Assembly: GCF_023055435.1 (NCBI RefSeq)
Contig: NW_025964361.1
Coordinates: 6,572,001-6,636,000, forward strand
Origin: Haliotis rufescens
Lineage: Eukaryota
Reading direction: 5' to 3'
DNA length: 64,000 nt
Of the stretch, positions 1-11,052 are shown in pieces (positions within the stretch are counted from its first letter, which is position 1; each line of letters opens with the position of its first letter). A program made the position numbers and the translations under genes. Under the pieces are notes generated by a model, which saw only the letters and a program-made list of their open reading frames with translations, was not told where the DNA came from and searched no databases.

Positions 1-467
1 CGACCACAGAAAATAGCTAATAGGAGAGAAAGATAAATGACAAGCATATTGGTTTTTACTACACTAGGCCTGAGGGGCCGACCATTTCATGTTCCTTTGG
101 AAGGGGGAGTGGGCGACGTTGGATAAGTATGGAGACTAGATATTTTGCAGCTACAAATGCAAAATCAGTTAATATAAACTATGAGCCTAAATAAAACATT
201 TTTCAAAAACCCACCTTGCAACAACGTATTTTTGGTGGCCGACATGTTCTTTTTGTCCAACAGATGGAAGCATATTTAGTTTTCAATCAACTTTGGAGAC
301 AATATATTTTTTTCTGAAAAAATCCTAGCCACCCACACACTCACAGTCAGAGAAATCCTATTGACCGTCCCATTTTGAAAACCTTGATGTGGACGTACAG
401 GGGTAGAATTCAGACCCCTTGTATCATTTAGGTATTTTTGTAGAATGCCAGATACGAATATTACGTC

Positions 468-486
468 ATATATATATATATATATT
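468..486. repeat. (AT)n microsatellite, one per unit, length-variable
   Basis: Short in copy 1; much longer at ~3979-4026 and ~21459-21511. Confidence 0.95.
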
Positions 487-1139
487 AATCTACTCTTGCA
501 TACAAGTGGGTGTCAATATAGGCTATCTACTTGCGCCTGGCTTCGGCCTATGTATAAAAGCATGCCCTCTGCAATTTCTGAAGACCACGGGCCAAAAGAC
601 CAGCAGTGAGGTGATGAGACGAGTGGAATCCAATATTGACTGAGGCGAAGGGAGATCACTCTCAATCCCTTGTCCGACTACTGCTATTAGTTGGGTGAAG
701 TGCTCGTAATATATCCCATGTGGCGACACTTGTGTTTTAGAGAAGAAAGGCAATTCTCGATTCGCACTCCTTTATAAAGGAAGCCACAATTATTGTTACA
801 TTAGAAACGATTAGCTATTATATTGGAATATAAAATTTATTCCAGATAACAAAGTATCAGAGAGCTGTCCTCGGAGAATATCCCGTGTCACAATTGTCGC
901 CACATAAACATTTAGAAGTGTCTGATCTTAAGGTAACCCCACCTATTTAGAAATCTTCTGCTAAGTGCAGATCATGAAATTGGGACACAGCAGCACAGCA
1001 ATATAGAGGCAGCATTCACTTTTTAACAATATCCATATGAATTTATGTCTCATGTTCGGAAATCTTGGGATTTGGCCAATATTGCGATGCTGCTGTCGCC
1101 CATATATTATTAGCTGTAAGGAAGAAACACTGTAGAGAA

Positions 1140-1177
1140 AACAGACGACTTGTGTATACATTACAGAAACATTTATT
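1140..1177 (-). terminator. Putative polyadenylation site of the array gene (present in every unit)
   Basis: The minus strand reads AATAAA (1177-1172), then TGTTTCTGTAATGTATACA, then a GT/T-rich tract GTCGTCTGTTTTCTC. This is the canonical signal / CA cleavage / downstream element layout, ~720 nt past the stop codon. Confidence 0.5.
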
Positions 1178-1365
1178 CAGATGACCGAAAGTCGAAAGTA
1201 ATATGCCTCAAGGGAGATCCAAAAACGGGCCAAAATTGTATAGAAAGTATGGTCTTGTGCCATGCTAATAAGCCAAGAGGTTTGCCGAAAGGAAACTGAA
1301 AGTTGGGCCAAAACTGTGAGCCTAAAAATACGCCAAAAATACGCTAAGAGCGGGTATATGGAATG

Positions 1366-1368
<3 letters not shown>

Positions 1369-1420
<52 letters not shown>

Positions 1421-1860
1421 CATGTATGCTCGTTCATTCACTCTAACCCTCACCTCTAACATGCATCCACTCTCCCTCTCACACATACAAACATACATAC
1501 ACACATTATTATACATACATGCTCATTCACTCTCTCACACTCACACACAAATACACACACACACATGCATACAGACAGACAGACAGACATGCCGATTCAA
1601 TCTTTCATTTACTCTCACACACGCACACAATACACACACACACACACACACACAAACATACATATTCATTCAGTCTCTCTTTCTCACACACTTATACATA
1701 CACACACATGCATGTTCATTCAAACTTATATTTACTCTCACACAAACGCACACATACATACATACATACATACATACATACATACATACATACATACATA
1801 CATACATACATACATACATACATACATACATACATACACACCTGCTCATTCATTCACTCA
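1369..1860. repeat. Compound microsatellite block (CT)n-(CA)n-(CAGA)n-(CATA)n, one per unit, length-variable
   Basis: Directly visible. (CATA)21 at 1753-1836 in copy 1 versus (CATA)9 at 26272-26307 in copy 8. It is the source of the HTYI/THTH/SLSL artefact ORFs. Confidence 0.98.
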
Positions 1861-1895
1861 CTTGCACACATTCAGACATTAAAAGGATAAGGAGT

Positions 1896-2880
1896 CTAAG
1901 AGAAGATCTTCCTAAAGAAGGCAGCCGCTCTCGTCAGCGCCTTTCTAAGGGGATGAATCTCTCTGTCATCCACAAAGCTGTGGTCGTCCTCGTCCTCGTA
2001 CACCCAGTAGTCACTGTCATCGTCGTCACTTGGGGCAGGATAGTAAGCGGCGTGGTTGATGGTGACGGGGGCGGGGAGCGTCTCACCGTAGACAGGGCGG
2101 GCCCAGAACGGAGTGAAAACGCTCAGGGGGTCGGGACAACGGGAAGGGGACACAGCCAGGGAACGCTACACATCGAGGGGTGGAGGGAGGGACAAAGGAA
2201 GTCAAGTGAGACAGAAATACGGGATACTTTTGCAAAGGAAACGAATCACACTTTATTATAGGGACTGGGCAGACTTAATGTGCAACAAATCAGCTATACT
2301 AGACGGAAGAATTTATAGGGTGGGCATGTAAAACTACATACACAGTCGGACTCCTCATCCTGAGACGGCCACAAACTCACAGCCGCAGGAGTGCCATAAT
2401 AGCGAATTATGTCCTCCCGAGCTGAAAAAGAAAAACGAAAGCTAGCCTCAGTTAAATGTACGCCGACGGCTACGTTCAAAAAATCACAATTCATGACTTC
2501 TGACAGCTACAGTATGCCACTCGACCTCGGCCCTTTGACACCTCGAAGTCCAAGTGTATGTAGGGTTACGGGCTGTACTGCAAGACAACATTTAACCAAT
2601 AAAATGGGCCAAACAGCTGCCTTTCACGGAATACGGGTTATCTTACATCTGTACAACATCGCCCGACACTATAATGTACGAACAGGTTTCATCTGAGAAC
2701 CACATGTCAAGTTTACAATCTAACATTTCAAGTTATGACAATTGCAAATGGCGGCCGCCATCTTCAGTCCCGATACTGCTGCCTAACAACGACCAATTTC
2801 ACGTCTAATTTAACATCTTAATACTGTTAAGTGGAATAATTGTGATCTTAAATACCTTGAATGTGAAGCCTTGTATTCAT
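1896..2880 (-). CDS. Predicted 3-exon gene of the array unit, copy 1; unrecognised 111-aa protein
   Basis: Exons 2880-2856, 2421-2381, 2165-1896. Start CCAAGATGA; donor AAG|GTATTT (phase 1); acceptor TTTCGTTTTTCTTTTTCAG|; donor GCT|GTGAGT (phase 0); pyrimidine tract then TGTGTAG|; stop TAG. Joined CDS is 336 nt: MNTRLHIQAREDIIRYYGTPAARSLAVSPSRCPDPLSVFTPFWARPVYGETLPAPVTINHAAYYPAPSDDDDSDYWVYEDEDDHSFVDDREIHPLRKALTRAAAFFRKIFS. No transcript evidence available. Confidence 0.6.
2746..2764. promoter_or_regulatory. Palindromic back-to-back YY1-type motif in intron 1 of the array gene (every unit)
   Basis: AAATGGCGGCCGCCATCTT contains the perfect 14-bp palindrome ATGGCGGCCGCCAT (2748-2761). It matches the YY1 consensus AANATGGCG on both strands. 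Confidence 0.5.
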
Positions 2881-2899
2881 CTTGGAAGAAGACACACTT

Positions 2900-3175
2900 G
2901 GAATGATACAGCAGTGAGCGAAACGTAGAGGTCAGCGGAGCAAAAGCGATCGTTTTTCTGTTGAAAACAGAAGGGACGTCGATAACGGCAACGGTAACTA
3001 CGTTACGGAGTTCGATGAGTCAGAACGAGGCTCATCGCCAGCTTCCGGCGTGGTAAAGCCTAATGGCATTGCCAAGGGTGAAAACTGCCGGGTTTATTTC
3101 GTCTGAACACCGGTATTAAGTTGTATCTTACAACTGAAACGTTGCCTACATCAGTTCAGAGTTTGAAAAAATTGT
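2900..3175 (-). promoter_or_regulatory. Putative promoter of the array gene (every unit)
   Basis: CpG-rich, TATA-less stretch just upstream of the ATG exon. It contains TAACGG/CAACGG (MYB-type, 2983-2994), GGCAAC/GGTAAC (RFX half-site-like), TGAGTCA (AP-1, 3016-3022), CTTCCGG (ETS, 3042-3048) and TTTGAA (CHR-like, 3162-3167). Confidence 0.4.
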
Positions 3176-3976
3176 GCAGGTGAAACTGGGTGTTTTTCGT
3201 GCCTCCATTACCCGAAACAGGGTGAATTTTGTTCACTATGAGATGGACATTAACCTTAAACGTTTGCTATGCCGAATAGCGATACCATATAACGACCCTC
3301 TATTATACTAGCCTTCACAATACCTTTTACATTCGACAAACTGACACGGGCTAGCAGGCTAGTAAGAATGCAAATCTCTGATAATCCAAGTGGGATTTGG
3401 GAATTATTCCCAAGCCTACAGGGATAAAATAAAAGTTCAATGGTACTGGTATTTTCCAACGTGTGCAGCGACAGTTCTTATTTGGTTTGATTTCTAATCT
3501 GGAAACACGACGACCACAGAAAATAGCTAATAGGAGAGAAAGATAAATGACAAGCATATTGGTTTTTACTACACTAGGCCTGAGGGGCCGACCATTTCAT
3601 GTTCCTTTGGAAGGGGGAGTGGGCGACGTTGGATTTTGTATGGAGACTAGATATTTTGCAGCTACAAATGCAAAATCAGTTAATATAAACTATGAGCCTA
3701 AATAAAACATTTTTCAAAAACCCACCTTGCAACAACGTATTTTTGGTGGCCGACATGTTCTTTTTGTCCAACAGATGGAAGCATATTTAGTTTTCAATCA
3801 ACTTTGGAGACAATATATTTTTTTCTGAAAAAATCCTAGCCACCCACACACTCACAGTCAGAGAAATCCTATTGACGGTCCCATTTTGAAAACCTTGATG
3901 TGGACGTACAGGGGTAGAATTCAGACCCCTTGTATCATTTAGGTATTTTTGTAGAATGCCAGATACGAATATTACG

Positions 3977-4029
<53 letters not shown>

Positions 4030-4906
4030 TCTACTCTTGCATACAAGTGGGTGTCAATATAGGCTTTCTACTTGCGCCTGGCCTCGGCCTATGTATTAAA
4101 GCATGCCCTCTGCAATTTCTGAAGACCACGGGCCAAAAGACCAGCAGTAAGGTGATGAGACGAGTGGAATCCAATATTGACTGAGGCGAAGGGAGATCAC
4201 TCTCAATCCCTTGTCCGACTACTGCTATTAGTTGGGTGAAGTGCTCGTAATATATCCCATGTGGCGACACTTGTGTTTTAGAGAAGAAAGGCAATTCTCG
4301 ATTCGCACTCCTTTATAAAGGAAGCCACAATTATTGTTACATTAGAAACGATTAGCTATTATATTGGAATATAAAATTTATTCCAGATAACAAAGTATCA
4401 GAGAGCTGTCCTCGGAGAATATCCCGTGTCACAATTGTCGCCACATAAACATTTAGAAGTGTCTGATCTTAAGGTAACCCCACCTATTTAGAAATCTTCT
4501 GCTAAGTGCAGATCATGAAATTGGGACACAGCAGCACAGCAATATAGAGGCAGCATTTACTTTTTAACAATATCCATATGAATTTATGTCTCATGTTCGG
4601 AAATCTTGGGATTTGGCCAATATTGCGATGCTGCTGTCGCCCATATATTATTAGCTGTAAGGAAGAAACACTGTAGAGAAAACAGACGACTTGTGTATAC
4701 ATTACAGAAACATTTATTCAGATGACCGAAAGTCGAAAGTAATATGCCTCAAGGGAGATCCAAAAACGGGCCAAAATTGTATAGAAAGTATGGTCTTGTG
4801 CCATGCTAATAAGCCAAGAGGTTTGCCGAAAGGAAACTGAAAGTTGGGCCAAAACTGTGAGCCTAAAAATACGCCAAAAATACGCTAAGAGCGGGTATAT
4901 GGAATG

Positions 4907-4961
<55 letters not shown>

Positions 4962-5436
4962 CATGTATGCTCGTTCATTCACTCTAACCCTCACCTCTAA
5001 CATGCATCCACTCTCCCTCTCACACATACAAACATACATACACACATTATTATACATACATGCTCATTCACTCTCTCACACTCACACACAAATACACACA
5101 CACACATGCATACAGACAGACAGACAGACATGCCGATTCAATCTTTCATTTACTCTCACACACGCACACAATACACACACACACACACACACACAAACAT
5201 ACATATTCATTCAGTCTCTCTTTCTCACACACTTATACATACACACACATGCATGTTCATTCAAACTTATATTTACTCTCACACAAACGCACACATACAT
5301 ACATACATACATACATACATACATACATACATACATACATACATACATACATACATACATACATACATACATACATACACACCTGCTCATTCATTCACTC
5401 ACTTGCACACATTCAGACATTAAAAGGATAAGGAGT

Positions 5437-6421
5437 CTAAGAGAAGATCTTCCTAAAGAAGGCAGCCGCTCTCGTCAGCGCCTTTCTAAGGGGATGAATC
5501 TCTCTGTCATCCACAAAGCTGTGGTCGTCCTCGTCCTCGTACACCCAGTAGTCACTGTCATCGTCGTCACTTGGGGCAGGATAGTAAGCGGCGTGGTTGA
5601 TGGTGACGGGGGCGGGGAGCGTCTCACCGTAGACAGGGCGGGCCCAGAACGGAGTGAAAACGCTCAGGGGGTCGGGACAACGGGAAGGGGACACAGCCAG
5701 GGAACGCTACACATCGAGGGGTGGAGGGAGGGACAAAGGAAGTCAAGTGAGACAGAAATACGGGATACTTTTGCAAAGGAAACGAATCACACTTTATTAT
5801 AGGGACTGGGCAGACTTAATGTGCAACAAATCAGCTATACTAGACGGAAGAATTTATAGGGTGGGCATGTAAAACTACATACACAGTCGGACTCCTCATC
5901 CTGAGACGGCCACAAACTCACAGCCGCAGGAGTGCCATAATAGCGAATTATGTCCTCCCGAGCTGAAAAAGAAAAACGAAAGCTAGCCTCAGTTAAATGT
6001 ACGCCGACGGCTACGTTCAAAAAATCACAATTCATGACTTCTGACAGCTACAGTATGCCACTCGACCTCGGCCCTTTGACACCTCGAAGTCCAAGTGTAT
6101 GTAGGGTTACGGGCTGTACTGCAAGACAACATTTAACCAATAAAATGGGCCAAACAGCTGCCTTTCACGGAATACGGGTTATCTTACATCTGTACAACAT
6201 CGCCCGACACTATAATGTACGAACAGGTTTCATCTGAGAACCACATGTCAAGTTTACAATCTAACATTTTCAGTTATGACAATTGCAAATGGCGGCCGCC
6301 ATCTTCAGTCCCGATAATGCTGCCTAACAACGACCAATTTCACGTCTAATTTAACATCTTAATACTGTTAAGTGGAATAATTGTGATCTTAAATACCTTG
6401 AATGTGAAGCCTTGTATTCAT
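5437..6421 (-). CDS. Array gene copy 2 (111 aa)
   Basis: Exons 6421-6397, 5962-5922, 5706-5437; same splice signals and protein as copy 1. Confidence 0.6.
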
Positions 6422-8415
6422 CTTGGAAGAAGACACACTTGGAATGATACAGCAGTGAGCGAAACGTAGAGGTCAGCGGAGCAAAAGCGATCGTTTTTCT
6501 GTTGAAAACAGAAGGGACGTCGATAACGGCAACGGTAACTACGTTACGGAGTTCGATGAGTCAGAACGAGGCTCATCGCCAGCTTCCGGCGTGGTAAAGC
6601 CTAATGGCATTGCCAAGGGTGAAAACTGCCGGGTTTATTTCGTCTGAACACCGGTATTAAGTTGTATCTTGCAACTGAAACGTTGCCTACATCAGTTCAG
6701 AGTTTGAAAAAATTGTGCAGGTGAAACTGGGTGTTTTTCGTGCCTCCATTACCCGAAACAGGGTTAATTTTGTTCACTATGAGATGGACATTAACCTTAA
6801 ACGTTTGCTATGCCGAATAGCGATACCACATAACGACCCTCTATTATACTAGCCTTCACAATACCTTTTACATTCGACAAACTGACACGGGCTAGCAGGC
6901 TAGTAAGAATGCACATCTCTGATAATCCAAGTGGGATTTGGGAATTATTCCCAAGCCTACAGGGATAAAATAAAAGTTCAATGGTACTGGTATTTTCCAA
7001 CGTGTGCAGCGACAGTTCTTATTTGGTTTGATTTCTAATCTGGAAACACGACGACCACAGAAAATAGCTAATAGGAGAGAAAGATAAATGACAAGCATAT
7101 TGGTTTTTACTACACTAGGCCTGAGGGGCCGACCATTTCATGTCCCTTTGGAAGGGGGAGTGGGCGACGTTGGATTTTGTATGGAGACTAGATATTTTGC
7201 AGCTACAAATGCAAAATCAGTTAATATAAACTATGAGCCTAAATAAAACATTTTTCAAAAATCCACCTTGCAACAACGTATTTTTGGTGGCCGACATGTT
7301 CTTTTTGTCCAACAGATGGAAGCATATTTAGTTTTCAATCAACTTTGGAGACAATATATTTTTTTCTGAAAAAATCCTAGCCACCCACACACTCACAGTC
7401 AGAGAAATCCTATTGACCGTCCCATTTTGAAAACCTTGATGTGGACGTACAGGGGTAGAATTCAGACCCCTTGTATCATTTAGGTATTTTTGTAGAATGC
7501 CAGATACGAATATTACGTCATATATATATATATATTAATCTACTCTTGCATACAAGTGGGTGTCAATATAGGCTTTCTACTTGCGCCTGGCCTCGGCCTA
7601 TGTATAAAAGCATGCCCTCTGCAATTTCTGAAGACCACGGGCCAAAAGACCAGCAGTGAGGTGATGAGACGAGTGGAATCCAATATTGACTGAGGCGAAG
7701 GGAGATCACTCTCAATCCCTTGTCCGACTACTGCTATTAGTTGGGTGAAGTGCTCGTAATATATCCCATGTGGCGACACTTGTGTTTTAGAGAAGAAAGG
7801 CAATTCTCGATTCGCACTCCTTTATAAAGGAAGCCACAATTATTGTTACATTAGAAACGATTAGCTATTATATTGGAATATAAAATTTATTCCAGATAAC
7901 AAAGTATCAGAGAGCTGTCCTCGGAGAATATCCCGTGTCACAATTGTCGCCACATAAACATTTAGAAGTGTCTGATCTTAAGGTAACCCCACCTATTTAG
8001 AAATCTTCTGCTTAGTGCAGATCATGAAATTGGGACACAGCAGCACAGCAATATAGAGGCAGCATTCACTTTTTAACAATATCCATATGAATTTATGTCT
8101 CATGTTCGGAAATCTTGGGATTTGGCCAATATTGCGATGCTGCTGTCGCCCATATATTATTAGCTGTAAGGAAGACACACTGTAGAGAAAACAGACGACT
8201 TGTGTATACATTACAGAAACATTTATTCAGATGACCGAAAGTCGAAAGTAATATGCCTCAAGGGAGATCCAAAAACAGGCCAAAATTGTATAGAAAGTAT
8301 GGTCTTGTGCCATGCTAATGAGCCAAGAGGTTTGCCGAAAGGAAGCTGAAAGTTGGGCCAAAACTGTGAGCCTAAAAATACGCCAAAAATACGCTAAGAG
8401 CGGGTATATGGAATG

Positions 8416-8454
<39 letters not shown>

Positions 8455-8669
8455 CATGTATGCTCGTTCATTCACTCTAACCCTCACCTCTAACATGCAT
8501 CCACTCTCCCTCTCACACATACAAACATACATACACACATTATTATACATACATGTTCATTCACTCTCTCACACTCACACACAAATACACACACATACAT
8601 GCATACAGACAGACAGACAGACAGACATGCCGATTCAATCTTTCATTTACTCTCACACACGCACACAAT

Positions 8670-8700
<31 letters not shown>

Positions 8701-8925
8701 TACATATTCATTCAGTCTCTCTTTCTCACACACTTATACATACACACACATGCATGTTCATTCAAACTTATATTTACTCTCACACAAACGCACACATACA
8801 TACATACATACATACATACATACATACATACATACATACATACATACATACATACATACATACATACACACCTGCTCATTCATTTACTCACTTGCACACA
8901 TTCAGACATTAAAAGGATAAGGAGT

Positions 8926-9910
8926 CTAAGAGAAGATCTTCCTAAAGAAGGCAGCCGCTCTCGTCAGCGCCTTTCTAAGGGGATGAATCTCTCTGTCATC
9001 CACAAAGCTGTGGTCGTCCTCGTCCTCGTACACCCAGTAGTCACTGTCATCGTCGTCACTTGGGGCAGGATAGTAAGCGGCGTGGTTGATGGTGACGGGG
9101 GCGGGGAGCGTCTCACCGTAGACAGGGCGGGCCCAGAACGGAGTGAAAACGCTCAGGGGGTCGGGACAACGGGAAGGGGACACAGCCAGGGAACGCTACA
9201 CATCGAGGGGTGGAGGGAGGGACAAAGGAAGTCAAGTGAGACAGAAATACGGGATACTTTTGCAAAGGAAACGAATCACACTTTATTATAGGGACTGGGC
9301 AGACTTAATGTGCAACAAATCAGCTATACTAGACGGAAGAATTTATAGGGTGGGCATGTAAAACTACATACACAGTCGGACTCCTCATCCTGAGACGGCC
9401 ACAAACTCACAGCCGCAGGAGTGCCATAATAGCGAATTATGTCCTCCCGAGCTGAAAAAGAAAAACGAAAGCTAGCCTCAGTTAAATGTACGCCGACGGC
9501 TACGTTAAAAAAATCACAATTCATGACTTCTGACAGCTACAGTATGCCACTCGACCTCGGCCCTTTGACACCTCGAAGTCCAAGTGTATGTAGGGTTACG
9601 GGCTGTACTGCAAGACAACATTTAACCAATAAAATGGGCCAAACAGCTGCCTTTCACGGAATACGGGTTATCTTACATCTGTACAACATCGCCCGACACT
9701 ATAATGTACGAACAGGTTTCATCTGAGAACCACATGTCAAGTTTACAATCTAACATTTTCAGTTATGACAATTGCAAATGGCGGCCGCCATCTTCAGTCC
9801 CGATACTGCTGCCTAACAACGACCAATTTCACGTCTAATTTAACATCTTAATACTGTTAAGTGGAATAATTGTGATCTTAAATACCTTGAATGTGAAGCC
9901 TTGTATTCAT
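8926..9910 (-). CDS. Array gene copy 3 (111 aa)
   Basis: Exons 9910-9886, 9451-9411, 9195-8926. Confidence 0.6.
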
Positions 9911-11012
9911 CTTGGAAGAAGACACACTTGGAATGATACAGCAGTGAGCGAAACGTAGAGGTCAGCGGAGCAAAAGCGATCGTTTTTCTGTTGAAAACAG
10001 AAGGGACGTCGATAACGGCAACGGTAACTACGTTACGGAGTTCGATGAGTCAGAACGAGGCTCATCGCCAGCTTCCGGCGTGGTAAAGCCTAATGGCATT
10101 GCCAAGGGTGAAAACTGCCGGGTTTATTTCGTCTGAACACCGGTATTAAGTTGTATCTTACAACTGAAACGTTGCCTACATCAGTTCAGAGTTTGAAAAA
10201 ATTGTGCAGGTGAAACTGGGTGTTTTTCGTGCCTCCATTACCCGAAACAGGGTGAATTTTGTTCACTATGAGATGGACATTAACCTTAAACGTTTGCTAT
10301 GCCGAATAGCGATACCATATAACGACCCTCTATTATACTAGCCTTCACAATACCTTTTACATTCGACAAACTGACACGGGCTAGCAGGCTAGTAAGAATG
10401 CACATCTCTGATAATCCAAGTGGGATTTGGGAATTATTCCCAAGCCTACAGGGATAAAATAAAAGTTCAATGGTACTGGTATTTTCCAACGTGTGCAGCG
10501 ACAGTTCTTATTTGGTTTGATTTCTAATCTGGAAACACGACGACCACAGAAAATAGCTAATAGGAGAGAAAGATAAATGACAAGCATATTGGTTTTTACT
10601 ACACTAGGCCTGAGGGGCCGACCATTTCATGTTCCTTTGGAAGGGGGAGTGGGCGACGTTGGATTTTGTATGGAGACTAGATATTTTGCAGCTACAAATG
10701 CAAAATCAGTTAATATAAACTATGAGCCTAAATAAAACATTTTTCAAAAACCCACCTTGCAACAACGTATTTTTGGTGGCCAAAATGTTCTTTTTGTCCA
10801 ACAGATGGAAGCATATTTAGTTTTCAATCAACTTTGGAGACAATATATTTTTTTCTGAAAAAATCCTAGCCACCCACACACTCACAGTCAGAGAAATCCT
10901 ATTGACCGTCCCATTTTGAAAACCTTGATGTGGACGTACAGGGGTAGAATTCAGACCCCTTGTATCATTTAGGTATTTTTGAAGAATGCCAGATACGAAT
11001 ATTACGTCATAT

Positions 11013-11052
<40 letters not shown>

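Noticed and set aside
399-432. Unit as a tandem Helitron/Helentron (hairpin AGGGGT..ACCCCT, (CAGA)n)
   Set aside because: There is no CTRR end at the expected distance, no subterminal inverted-repeat layout and no sharp terminus at the array edge, where similarity decays gradually.
523-753. Minus-strand 76-87 aa ORF (MPFFSKTQ...) and nearby GCCACATGG
   Set aside because: It starts at TTG, has no recognisable similarity and has an earlier stop in copy 1. The good-context ATG gives only 10 codons.
1422-2261. Long His/Thr/Tyr/Ile-rich plus-strand ORFs (up to 324 aa) in each unit
   Set aside because: They are translations of (CA)n/(CATA)n/(CT)n repeats. Their frames and lengths change from copy to copy with repeat slippage, and the tail is the antisense of exon 3.
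2409-2696. Plus-strand 95-aa ORF MSSRAEKEKRK...
   Set aside because: It is antisense to intron 1, its Lys/Glu start is the complement of the polypyrimidine tract, and it accumulates many amino-acid changes in copy 14.
1-3510. Unit as an rDNA, 5S, histone, tRNA, U snRNA or SL RNA repeat
   Set aside because: I found no recognisable 5S/rRNA sequence, histone ORF or stem-loop, tRNA cloverleaf or U1/U2/U4/U5/U6 signature. Isolated ATTTTTGG and GTGATGA..CTGA motifs lack context. An Rfam cmscan would be the decisive test.
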